Source: an uncultured Acidobacteriota bacterium
Lineage (GTDB): Bacteria > Acidobacteriota > UBA6911 > RPQK01 > JAPXNP01
Assembly (NCBI GenBank): GCA_963777605.1
Contig: CAVZRV010000013.1
Span: forward strand, 1-64,000
Direction: 5' to 3'
Length of the DNA stretch: 64,000 nt
The translations under genes were made by a program, and so were the position numbers. The notes under the pieces were generated by a model. The model ran no database searches, was not told the DNA's origin, and saw only the letters and a program-made list of their open reading frames with translations. Shown one piece after another: positions 20,375 through 29,501 of the stretch; position 1 is the first letter of the stretch; each line of letters opens with the position of its first letter.

Positions 20375-21062
20375 GTACTTTTTGCCGCTCGGAATAGACT
20401 GATGCAGCGTTGTTCGGATTTTCCAAGGTGCCAAACGTATTGACAGCGAAAGTGAACATTCCAGGAGTTGTCGAACAATCGGCAGTATCTCGTCTTGTCT
20501 ACTCCTTCTCGTCCAAGATCACCTTTGCTGGGAAGTTTGTGTTTGAACTCTACACTTTGATCGGCAGTCTGTTCACGATTGCAGTTTCGCCTCTGATCGG
20601 GGGAGATCCTCTTTGGGTGGTTGTGCTGTTATCCGTTGTCTGGATGAATATCCGGTCCTTCCTCTTCAACAGGATGAGGGAAAAGGAGTATGAAAGCGTA
20701 TGCCCGATCCACGAATCCAGATCGCGAGTAACGAAGTTGGACAAGGACCGGCCATTGGCCGTGCAGTCTGGCCCCCTGAGAAATCTGCCCCGAAATTCGG
20801 GGGCGTTGAGAAACGCCCCCGTCGCCTCACACTCAAGAGTGCCTCACCATCCGAGCGCGACAAGTAAACTCGACCAGTTGACCGTATCTCGTCACCCCTC
20901 GCATTTACGATAGCCTTCGCCGGGAAGGCTGTGTCTGGTTCCTGAGTTCTTTGCCGCCAACGGCACCCGCCGCTTCGGGACGAAACGGAGCGGGCTTTCC
21001 GAACCGGGACGGTTCGGCGTTGGAAAACGTCAACGGTTCCGATTGTTCGGAGGTTCGCTTCC

Positions 21063-23111
21063 ATGGGAAACACGTTTAACGCCTTTGATCCCCTGTTTTA
21101 CGCACAAGAGGCCCTGATTCTGCTCGAAAAGGCCCTTGGCCTGGCCGGCCGCGTCCACCGCGGCTACAGCAAGGACCCGCAGCAAAAAGGTTCCACGATC
21201 GAGATCCGCAAGCCGTCGACGTTCACGGCCCAGGATGCTCCGTCCAACGCGCAGGATATCGACGCGCCGAAGCTCTCCATCGTCCTCAACAAGTGGAAAG
21301 AAGTGAAGTTCACGCTCACCGACAAGGAGATCAACGCCACCGGTGAAGACATCATCGAGGAGCATATCCGGCCCGCCGCCTACGCGATCGCCAACCAGAT
21401 CGACATGGACCTGGCGGACCTCTACCGGATGGTCCCCTGGTACGTCGATGCCCAGGCCAATGCCGATCTCAAGGACGTGACCTTGCCGCGCCAGATCCTG
21501 TTCGATAACGGCGTGCCGATGGACCCGACAATGCTTCATTTCATGATCGACGGGGCACTCGAGGCCGGGTTCCTGACCCTGACGGCCTTCTCGCAATTCC
21601 AGGGCGCGGGCCTTGAAGGCGTCGCCGCACAGCAGACGGGTTCGCTTGGGCGGAAGTTCGGAATCAATATCTTTGCGAATCAGAACACACCGTCTCACGT
21701 GAAGGGAACCTGCGACGACCCGGCGCTTAAGATTACCGACAATCCGGCGGCCAAGGGTGCAACGGCTGTCAACCTTGCGGCAGTGGATGGGACGATCTAC
21801 GACCGCTACGGCAACCGGTTGAGCCAGTCGGGATCGGGAGGCGTACCGACCGAGTCCCTCATGATCAGTACCACCACAAATCGTGTGAGCGGCTGGACGT
21901 ACGATGCCGCCGGGAACGTCACCAATGATGGCACCCACACGTACACTTACGACGCCGAGAACCGCTTGCTCAGCGTCGATGCGGGAGTCACCGCGACGTA
22001 CGCCTACGGTCCCAACGGCGAGCGGGTCTGGAAGATTGCCGGAGGCGTGACGACCTATTACTACTGGGGAATCGGCGAGAAAGTCTCGGGCTCCTGGACC
22101 AAGTTCTTCGTCTCGGGCCTGGGTGGTAAGCTGGTCGAGTACAGCAGTTCGACGACGAAGTTTTTCGTCACCAATCATCTCGGCAGTGTGGCGGCGCGCA
22201 TGGATGTCAGCGGAACTCTCAGCGAAACCTACCGCTATCTTCCGTTTGGGGAACTCTATTCCGGGACCGCAACCACCCACGAGTTCACCGGCAAGGAGCG
22301 GGATCAAGAATCAGGACTCGATTACTTCGGGGCACGCTATCTGGCGTCCAGTCACGGGCGGTGGATGGGTGCAGACCCGGAATTGGGCAAGACCAGCAAC
22401 CCGCAGCGATTGAATCGGTATGCATACGTTCTCAATGATCCAGTCAACTATGTCGATCCGGATGGTCAAGATGAAATCGAGTTCATCGAACACACTCAAG
22501 CCGGTTGGAGAGATTTCTTCTCAATTAGGATTTTCGTCTACTCTACGGCGCGCAACCCGTGGGGTCGAGGAGGTGGGGATAGCCCTTTCGGCGGCGCGAC
22601 GGGTGAGGGTATCAAGGATTTTCTTAAGAACATGCTCCACCGCAAGTCCTTTGAGGACAAAGTGGATGACGCGCTCTCCGTTCTACAGAGGAGACTGGCC
22701 GAGGGTCTTCTAAAGCCTGATTGTCAGGATATCTTCACCACGTTGGGCGTTGATTCGCAGGCCTTTACGACCAAATTGGGAGAGATAGACTTCATAGACG
22801 GAACAAAGAGTCCCACCATGCTAACCGAGGAGTTCACGGCGGAGCAGATCTGGGACAATGGCTATTCGGCAGAGTGGACCTTTGCTGACCTCTTCAAGAA
22901 CGCCGGCCCATCGGTTGCCGCAATTTCCCCGCCTCTGGGTGACAATATTTACCTTCGCCCCGGACTGATCCGGCCGGGGCAGCTCGGACATGAGACCTTC
23001 CATAAGTTCGACAAGGTAGATCCAGACTTGTTACAGGAGAAGTGGGGTCTTGATCCGAATGGACCATCTGAGCAGTTCAGCAAGTATTTTTCGGAAAAAT
23101 GCCTGACATGA
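21063..23111 (+). CDS. In-frame fusion: P22-like major capsid N-terminal ~245 aa + short RHS segment/core + HExxH toxin tip (682 aa)
   Basis: Capsid-like QEALILLEK.L.LAGRVHR.Y, KGSTIEIRKP, IRPAAYAIANQID and GSLGRKFGINIFANQN. Then YDRYGNR..., FTGKERDQESGLDYFGARY, NDPVNYVDPDG and a tip with GHETFH. Confidence 0.85.
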   Translation: MGNTFNAFDPLFYAQEALILLEKALGLAGRVHRGYSKDPQQKGSTIEIRKPSTFTAQDAPSNAQDIDAPKLSIVLNKWKEVKFTLTDKEINATGEDIIEEHIRPAAYAIANQIDMDLADLYRMVPWYVDAQANADLKDVTLPRQILFDNGVPMDPTMLHFMIDGALEAGFLTLTAFSQFQGAGLEGVAAQQTGSLGRKFGINIFANQNTPSHVKGTCDDPALKITDNPAAKGATAVNLAAVDGTIYDRYGNRLSQSGSGGVPTESLMISTTTNRVSGWTYDAAGNVTNDGTHTYTYDAENRLLSVDAGVTATYAYGPNGERVWKIAGGVTTYYYWGIGEKVSGSWTKFFVSGLGGKLVEYSSSTTKFFVTNHLGSVAARMDVSGTLSETYRYLPFGELYSGTATTHEFTGKERDQESGLDYFGARYLASSHGRWMGADPELGKTSNPQRLNRYAYVLNDPVNYVDPDGQDEIEFIEHTQAGWRDFFSIRIFVYSTARNPWGRGGGDSPFGGATGEGIKDFLKNMLHRKSFEDKVDDALSVLQRRLAEGLLKPDCQDIFTTLGVDSQAFTTKLGEIDFIDGTKSPTMLTEEFTAEQIWDNGYSAEWTFADLFKNAGPSVAAISPPLGDNIYLRPGLIRPGQLGHETFHKFDKVDPDLLQEKWGLDPNGPSEQFSKYFSEKCLT

Positions 23112-23626
23112 GATCCGAGAGAGTCTTCTATCCTTTATTGTTACTCAGTGCCCTGGTGGTACCGGGAACGGTCGGATTGGCCGTCCAGAATGAGGACCCC
23201 TCGGTCGTTCCATATAGGATTGTCTTGGAGCGTCAGCCCGACTTGCAGAATTCCGTTTACCAGGGATACGCAGCAGACATCAGAGTCGAGGATTGGATGA
23301 GCCGGCAACAGATTGAGACGCTGGTTTGCCACGCACTCAGAGACCGGTTACCAAAGTTTTATGACGGAGTCACTGTCCATATTTGGTGGCGACGGGTGAT
23401 TTTCGATATTGCGGGTAATCGCAATCCCGAGGCTACGGAACACATTGTCGCTGCGTATCATTGGTCCGCCAAGATGCGACCTGGTCGGTTGGTCATATGG
23501 CATGACCAGGATGGAAACCGGATTAGGAATGACGGTGTCACTTTCGATCACCTGAAGGAATGCGGGATTCCTGCGCCGCCGGTTTCTCCACCGGCGAAGC
23601 CCGACCTAGATTCTGTAAACCGTTGA
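23108..23626 (+). CDS. Exported putative immunity protein
   Basis: ATGA overlap with the fusion stop and a hydrophobic signal (FYPLLLLSALVVPGTVGLA). Confidence 0.65.
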   Translation: MRSERVFYPLLLLSALVVPGTVGLAVQNEDPSVVPYRIVLERQPDLQNSVYQGYAADIRVEDWMSRQQIETLVCHALRDRLPKFYDGVTVHIWWRRVIFDIAGNRNPEATEHIVAAYHWSAKMRPGRLVIWHDQDGNRIRNDGVTFDHLKECGIPAPPVSPPAKPDLDSVNR

Positions 23627-23763
23627 TCATCAAAGGTTCAGGTTGGAATGCGGTCTGGGGGTCTTTTGCTCGGCGAGGTGAATGAAAACAAGGTGCAGTT
23701 CTTGAGCGGAGAGAACTTCAAGCCAGCCAGGTCGGCAATCTCTAGCCGAGGAGAAGAGGTGCT

Positions 23764-24576
23764 GTGTCAGAACGGAATCTAATACGACTATCGCTAGATC
23801 TAACATTCTTGCTCTTGGTTGTTACACCAGCATTTTTCGTCCAATTGGGGGCGGCTTCGGAGTGCCGTATCTTGGACAAGGCCGAGCTGGCAGAGCCTGG
23901 AATCCGAAATATGCTCGAAAGCTGGGCGCTCCCTTCGAATCGCTTGATGGCCCTCGAGACAGATCTGGACGGCGACGGTAGAGAAGACGTTGTCATCGCC
24001 GGATCTGGAAACCGAGAGGAACAACTCGGATTCATCGCGATATTGTGGTGGAATAGACGAAGCCCGATTAGGTCGATCAGCTGGTACACCAGAGTGGGTA
24101 GGGGTGGCGATTTACTCGGCGACGTCACCTGCCATAATCTCGACGGCGACGAGAACCCGGAAATCCTGGTCACATTTGGTGACCTGGGTAGCACGTATGC
24201 GGCTACAACTTCTTATATCCTATTCTCTTATGGTGTGCATCACGATTATCTCGCGCTAGACACTCCAGGAGGCCCGATACAGATCAAAGATCTGGATGGG
24301 GACGGGATCGAGGAAGTGATCGTTCAGCATTTCGCACGCGAGGGAATTACATCATCCTGCAAGCTTTTCTGGTGTGACGTCTTCCGCTGGACGGGGTTTG
24401 GCCTTGAAAAAGCGAACGAGGAGTTTCCGGACTTCTATTCTGACCAGATCAAGGACTATTATCAGAAGAACATTGAGAGCTATGACCAAGAGAAATATCA
24501 GCATTCATCCTGCATTGAGGCTAACCGCGAGCTAATTCGACGCGCGCAGGAGATCATAGATTCGAGGCACAAGTGA
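23764..24576 (+). CDS. Exported protein with DxDGDG (FG-GAP/VCBS-like) repeats, possible orphan immunity protein
   Basis: DLDGDGREDVV, NLDGDENPEIL and DLDGDGIEEVI; N-terminal hydrophobic signal. Confidence 0.65.
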   Translation: MSERNLIRLSLDLTFLLLVVTPAFFVQLGAASECRILDKAELAEPGIRNMLESWALPSNRLMALETDLDGDGREDVVIAGSGNREEQLGFIAILWWNRRSPIRSISWYTRVGRGGDLLGDVTCHNLDGDENPEILVTFGDLGSTYAATTSYILFSYGVHHDYLALDTPGGPIQIKDLDGDGIEEVIVQHFAREGITSSCKLFWCDVFRWTGFGLEKANEEFPDFYSDQIKDYYQKNIESYDQEKYQHSSCIEANRELIRRAQEIIDSRHK

Positions 24577-24719
24577 TTCACTGCCCTCGGCACTCCTGTC
24601 ATAGCTGTAGCTTTCGGATTGAGAGACCGGCACTGCCAAGTTAACGGGTATCGAGCTCCGCGGAAGAGTCTACGGACTTTGGCACGCCCCAAAACGGGAT
24701 GATCCAGGCGATTCAGGAC

Positions 24720-24858
24720 CAGGTCAATCCCAACTACTCGGAGACCTATCAGCTACGATGATCTCTACCGGCTCGCTTCAGCCGAGACCAGCGTCTGGAG
24801 CCTCTCCTGGGTCTATGATCGCTACGGCAACCGGTTGAGCCAGTCGGGATCGGGAGGC
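24720..24858 (+). pseudogene. RHS remnant (5' piece)
   Basis: Encodes SYDDLYRLASAETSVWSLSWVYDRYGNRLSQSGSGG, homologous to ~18422-18505. Confidence 0.8.
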
Positions 24859-24940
24859 CCGTTCGAAGTTCGAGGTTCCTCGTTCAACGTGGCACGATCG
24901 TTCAGTCGGCACAGCCCGTAAGACCTCCGCGAGATGATCT

Positions 24941-25228
24941 TCAGGCCACGGAGAGCTTCCGAACCTTGAGTTCGGAACGGCGCTGTTCGGCTCGCCAGAG
25001 GTCGTATTGAGCCTGCTGCCGGAGCCAGCTTTCGGCAGACGTCTCAAAGGCGATCGAAAGGCGGACCGCCATCTCGGGGCTGATGCCTGCTCGGCCGTTC
25101 ACGATGGCAGACAAGGTCTTGCGACTGACCCCGAGCGCCTCGGCGGCCTCGGTCACCGAGAGCCCCAGTGGCTCCAGACAAAGCTTCTTCAGAATCTCGC
25201 CCGGATGCGGTGGGTTATGCATCAGCAT
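24941..25228 (-). CDS. higA: HigA-family antitoxin
   Basis: [11 protein letters not shown]...[35 protein letters not shown]...W...Q..YDLW. Confidence 0.92.
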   Translation of the reverse strand: MLMHNPPHPGEILKKLCLEPLGLSVTEAAEALGVSRKTLSAIVNGRAGISPEMAVRLSIAFETSAESWLRQQAQYDLWRAEQRRSELKVRKLSVA

Positions 25229-25241
25229 GCTGTCTTCACCT

Positions 25242-25520
25242 CTAATGGTAGTCTTCATAATCAACGGCCTCCGCGCCGTTTTCCGTGAAACGAAACGTCA
25301 CCCGCCAGTTGCCGCTGACCTTGACGGACCAGATCCCCTTTCGGTCACCGCTGAGCTCATGGAGAGACAGCCCAGGTAATCGCATGTCGCGAGGTGACGC
25401 TGACGCCTGCAGCCGGCCCAGGATCAACCGAAGCTTCGCGGCATGGTGCGCCTGTATGCTGGCTCCGCTGCCGGTCAGGAAGAACCGCTCCAAGCCCTTG
25501 TGGGAGAAGCTTCGAATCAC
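25242..25520 (-). CDS. higB: HigB (RelE/ParE-type) toxin
   Basis: [13 protein letters not shown]...[26 protein letters not shown]...VDYEDYH; toxin-first gene order. Confidence 0.92.
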   Translation of the reverse strand: MIRSFSHKGLERFFLTGSGASIQAHHAAKLRLILGRLQASASPRDMRLPGLSLHELSGDRKGIWSVKVSGNWRVTFRFTENGAEAVDYEDYH

Positions 25521-25526
25521 GTACCT

Positions 25527-25555
25527 AGTGTAACCTGGTACGGGTCGGGTTACAA
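25527..25555 (-). promoter_or_regulatory. higBA promoter (leaderless) with palindromic operator
   Basis: Minus strand reads TTGTAA, 17 nt, TACACT, 6 nt, GTG. The inverted repeat TGTAACC...GGTTACA spans 25529-25554. Confidence 0.6.
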
Positions 25556-25597
25556 TCCCCTTGGAAAAGGCCACCCACCGAGTCGCTTTCATACCGA

Positions 25598-25740
25598 GGA
25601 TCGCCGGAGGGATCACCACGTACTACTACTGGGAAACGGCAAGGAGCGGGATGCCGAATCAGGCATCGACTACTTCGGAGCGCGGTACCTGGCGTCGAAT
25701 CACGGGAGCTGGATGAGCGTGGATCCCGCTTTGGGAAACA
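25598..25740 (+). pseudogene. RHS remnant (3' pieces fused by deletion)
   Basis: An IAGGITTYYYW segment is joined directly to GKERDAESGIDYFGARYLASNHGSWMSVDP. Confidence 0.8.
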
Positions 25741-26167
25741 TTGCGAAAACGCCCAAAAAGGTGACACGCACGTCGTTGACTCGTAAGCCTCTGTCAATAC
25801 AGAATTTCGATCCAGGTCTGGCACTTATTTCCCGGTATCGCTGGGATGGCTGGACTTGCCGCGTGACCCGCCGTGAGTTTCCTCGGAGTCCAGTCGCCCT
25901 TTCGAGACGGCGAACGGAGCGGCTGCGCGGTTTAGGGTCCCGAGTCCCCCGAAATCCTCGCTTTTGGTTCCAGACTGCCCATAGAATCTTTTGTTTGCAG
26001 GTACTTACGATCCAATTCGGTGCGTGTCACCGATTTTCGCGGTGAGTCCAGACAGACTTGAGCATCCTCACGTCTGGGGAGCTTTCGGCCCAATGCTGGA
26101 ATCCCGATGCCGCGAGTGGTACTTTCACTGCATTCCACTCAATTCCAAAGAAAACAGGGAGACCGGG

Positions 26168-27385
26168 ATGCTTAATAGAGGATTCGCTTTTGGCGGAGTG
26201 TGCCTTGTCGTTCTGGCATTGGCTGGCCAAGCCAGCGGCCAGGAAGCGGGAGGAGATACACAAACCTACTTTGCTCTGAGCGGGGACCAGGTAAGGCCAG
26301 AGCGCGTGAACACAGACGGTTTGGGTGTATGTCGGGTAACTATTCTTCCGGACAAACCCGATGCGGGACAAGCTTGGTCCCCTGACCTGGGGATGGACCT
26401 CAGCTGTGAGTACAGTCTGCCCGATGCTGACGGCGCCTACATCCGAGCAGGCCGGACAGGCGAGGTGGGGCCGATCGTTTTGTCGCTCGAAGCGTCCTCC
26501 TGGGGCGAGTGTGAAGCGGGTCCAGAAACGCCGAAAACGTGCGGTTCTTTCGGTTTCGCCAATATCAAGGATGCACTGGCAGCTCAGCCGAACTCGATCA
26601 GTCTCGAGGAATTCTGGTCGCTCCACAATCTCGGAAGCCTCTATGTCAGCGTGACGACTCCGACGAATCCAGAGGGTGAAATCCGCGGACAGTTTCCTCC
26701 GCCCTACGGCCGAGTCTTCGCGCAGTTCGGGAACGGCGGCGGATTGACGTCGGACATCGTCATGCTGAACATGGACACGACCGGTGATCCGGCAGTTGCT
26801 TCCGTCGTCCTGCTCGATCCAGAAGGCAGTCCTCTTGACGTGGGTTTTGACGGTACCGGCGGCAACACCTATGTCGACGGCGGTCTTTTTTCGGTCGAAC
26901 CGAATTCGGCGGCCACGCTCCGCACTGACGGTTTGGGTGATTTGGTGCAAGGAACGGCGGCCGTCTCGTCAGGTCATCCACTGGAAGGCGTGATTCGCTT
27001 CGCGATTCCCGGTTATGGAGTCGCCGGTGTTCCCGCCGGGCCGCCGGTGGCATCCGGTACCGCTGCAGTCCGGAATGAGGGTGCGATCCGCACCGCTTTG
27101 GCCATCCGAAATACAGCGGGATTCGACATCACGGTAGATTGTGAGGCCTCCATCGGCGGTCCGACGCTTTCGGCTTCGTTCCCGCTCGAGTTCGCCGGCA
27201 GTCGGGCGGCCTTCGTCGATGAGATCTTCCCGGAGCTGGCAGGGACGGAGTTCAGCGGCATTGTGACCTGTTCGACAGACACGTCAAGCCCGGGAACCGT
27301 CAACACCTATCCGCAAGCCGGATCCTTCGTCGCGATTGTGCTTGAGCAGGGAGAAGGAGTCTTCACCACTTTGCCATTCTTTTGA
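26168..27385 (+). CDS. Secreted CHRD-domain protein with the shared C-terminal domain
   Basis: ALSGDQVRP, GEVGPIV and LYVSVTTPTNPEGEIRGQ (CHRD), then FAQFGNGGG...TALAIRN...AFVDEIFPE. Confidence 0.75.
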   Translation: MLNRGFAFGGVCLVVLALAGQASGQEAGGDTQTYFALSGDQVRPERVNTDGLGVCRVTILPDKPDAGQAWSPDLGMDLSCEYSLPDADGAYIRAGRTGEVGPIVLSLEASSWGECEAGPETPKTCGSFGFANIKDALAAQPNSISLEEFWSLHNLGSLYVSVTTPTNPEGEIRGQFPPPYGRVFAQFGNGGGLTSDIVMLNMDTTGDPAVASVVLLDPEGSPLDVGFDGTGGNTYVDGGLFSVEPNSAATLRTDGLGDLVQGTAAVSSGHPLEGVIRFAIPGYGVAGVPAGPPVASGTAAVRNEGAIRTALAIRNTAGFDITVDCEASIGGPTLSASFPLEFAGSRAAFVDEIFPELAGTEFSGIVTCSTDTSSPGTVNTYPQAGSFVAIVLEQGEGVFTTLPFF

Positions 27386-27603
27386 TGGTTCCTGCCCGCA
27401 AGGATTCCGGCGCGGATTCATCCCGGGGAAGGTTGATCCTGATGGCCGGAAGATCGTAGTACGTTCCCGCGAGACTGGGGCGAGTGCTCGTTGACGGCTG
27501 GCGTTTCACGAAGGTCTCCGTTCGTCGGGACGGAGCGTGGCGTGAGGTGGCGTTCCATGCCTCCGAGGTCGGTTGAATCAAAGGCGAAAACAGGGGAGGT
27601 TGA

Positions 27604-28218
27604 ATGAAAGTGCCAAAAGCTGAACGTCTTCTCGCAGTGTATTCCGGGGTGATCACCTTGGCCTTCGCTGTGGCCGTCTCAAGCGGTATCTCAATCGTTA
27701 GCCAACCAGAGACGATCGACCAGATCACGGTCCACCGCATCAATATCGTTGAACCGGATGGAACCCTGCGCATGGTGATCTCAAACCACGACCAGTTACC
27801 CGGCATTATCCTGAAGGGCGCCGAGCAACCGTTTGCACGTCCTCAAGCAGGGATGCTTTTCTACAATGACGAAGGGTCTGAGAACGGCGGCTTGATTTTC
27901 AGTGGGCACCGCGACCCGACGGGCAAGGTCGTTGACTCCGGGGGAAGCCTGTCCTTCGACAAGTATGGGGAGAATCAGATCGTGCAACTGGCCGGCGTGG
28001 ACGACCAGTCCGACAAGTTCGCTGGTCTGATCATCTCAGACACCAACCGGCGCATTTGGGTGGGGCGCGAGGAAAGCGGCGATGCGGCGGTGGCGATCAT
28101 GGATGGCCAGGGGAAGAATAGGATTCTCTTGGAAGTGGAGGCTGACGGCACACCGAGCCTGTCATTCTTCGACGCTCAGGGCCAAGTGATCAGTCGGTTG
28201 CCAGCGCCCTCCAAGTAA
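27604..28218 (+). CDS. Hypothetical membrane-anchored beta-rich protein
   Basis: GGAGG RBS, N-terminal TM segment, ITVHRINIVEPDGTLRMVISN. Confidence 0.65.
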   Translation: MKVPKAERLLAVYSGVITLAFAVAVSSGISIVSQPETIDQITVHRINIVEPDGTLRMVISNHDQLPGIILKGAEQPFARPQAGMLFYNDEGSENGGLIFSGHRDPTGKVVDSGGSLSFDKYGENQIVQLAGVDDQSDKFAGLIISDTNRRIWVGREESGDAAVAIMDGQGKNRILLEVEADGTPSLSFFDAQGQVISRLPAPSK

Positions 28219-28261
28219 CGGGAACGATGAGCCGCGAAAGCGCGAGAATCTCGGGTCTGTG

Positions 28262-28715
28262 CGGTTCACACCGACGAAGAGATCGGTCATCCCGAGTGCC
28301 GCCGCCGCCGGCCGGACCGAACTCACCAGTATCTCGCTCATCCAGGCAATCAGTCCGGTGCTGACGGCCAGAAGAAGCAGGCTGTGCGTCCAGGGCCACG
28401 GCTCGGAGTTGCTTGCGGATCCCTTCGGCGGGTCTCCCTGACGATATGGAAGAGGCTCTCTCGCAAAGCCAGTAACCCGATGATGAGTTCGGCGGCATTT
28501 CCGAAGGTCGCATTCAACATGCCGCCGATGCCTTCACCTGTTCGCATTGCCAGCTGGCCTGTAGCTCTGCCCATCGAACCCGCCAAAGGCACGATCGCAA
28601 GACCGGCGGCAACGAAAGTCAGCACGTCGCGACCGGGTGCAAAGAAGCTGCTGAGGGCTGCAATGGGGAGAAAGACGAGAAGCCAGTTCAATGAGGGGCG
28701 AAGCCGTCGGCTCAT
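28262..28715 (-). pseudogene. Ca2+/H+ antiporter (CAX/ChaA) remnant, internally deleted and truncated
   Basis: GGMLNATFGNAAELII, plus a downstream out-of-frame segment LLAVSTGLIAWMSEILVSSV...LFVG. Confidence 0.8.
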
Positions 28716-29215
28716 ACCGGCGATCCTGCGGACTGGAAGAATCGGGGAAGATCAGAGGCAACTGTCCCATCGAGCCACCAGGTCAGTTCCCCATTCGTCG
28801 GTCGGACTCCTTCGGGTCCTGAGTCGATTTCCGCGAAGGGTTGTTTCAGGAGTCGGTCATAACGCTCAGCAGCAGCTTCCGGAGTTTCAGCCGTAGGGAT
28901 GGAGAGGACATTTCCCGGTGGGATCGGAAGTTTGTCGATCAGTGCTTCTCTCGCCATATGCTGGTTGCTCAACGGATCATCCGGCTGAACCCAGCGCTCG
29001 TCTCGCCAGTACAGTACGATTTGCTCCCAAGGAAGTCTGCGATGGTAGTCTCTGGCAAGCAGCTCATAGACCGGACGGGAAGTCGAGCCTCCGGCCAAAA
29101 AGAGTGTCGCGCGTACCCGGTTTCCCGGCGCGTGACCGAGGATCCGGGATACAGCCTGCGCGGCCTCCTGGTTCAAGTCGTTCTTGTGGGGCCTGATCAG
29201 AATGGAGAGTCTCAT
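28712..29215 (-). pseudogene. pgl: 6-phosphogluconolactonase remnant with internal deletion
   Basis: LAGGSTSRPVY, W..I.LYWRDERWV..DDPLSN and AAERY are present, then it jumps to the terminal LTWWLD. The GxDGH segment is missing. Confidence 0.8.
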
Positions 29216-29501
29216 TTCTGTCCGATTCTCAAGTCCTGAAGAAGAGAAGACTCGCTTTGATAAGTCCATCGTCCGATGCGGAGCCAGTCAAGTCAACCTG
29301 TCGCCGAACGGGTCGACGTCAACCGTTCGAGTCGGCTTCTGAGCGCTCTTGCTCACACATGTGCGCGCTCATGCATGTGAGCTGTTATTGATACCACGCG
29401 TGACTTGACGTAAGATCGCCAACAGATATTCCGCTTGTCGTGGGCATTTGGGTGGGGCTGACGGTGCAGTGTGCCCCTCAGGAATGGAGGTATACAAGAA
29501 G

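Noticed and set aside
20410-20913. ORF as an additional immunity gene
   Set aside because: It has no clear start or RBS and runs into the repeated leader; it may be a fragment but is unsupported.
21063-21797. Encapsulin rather than phage capsid
   Set aside because: The motifs resemble P22-type coat proteins, there is no encapsulin cargo context, and other phage remnants lie nearby. This is not formally excluded without an HMM search.
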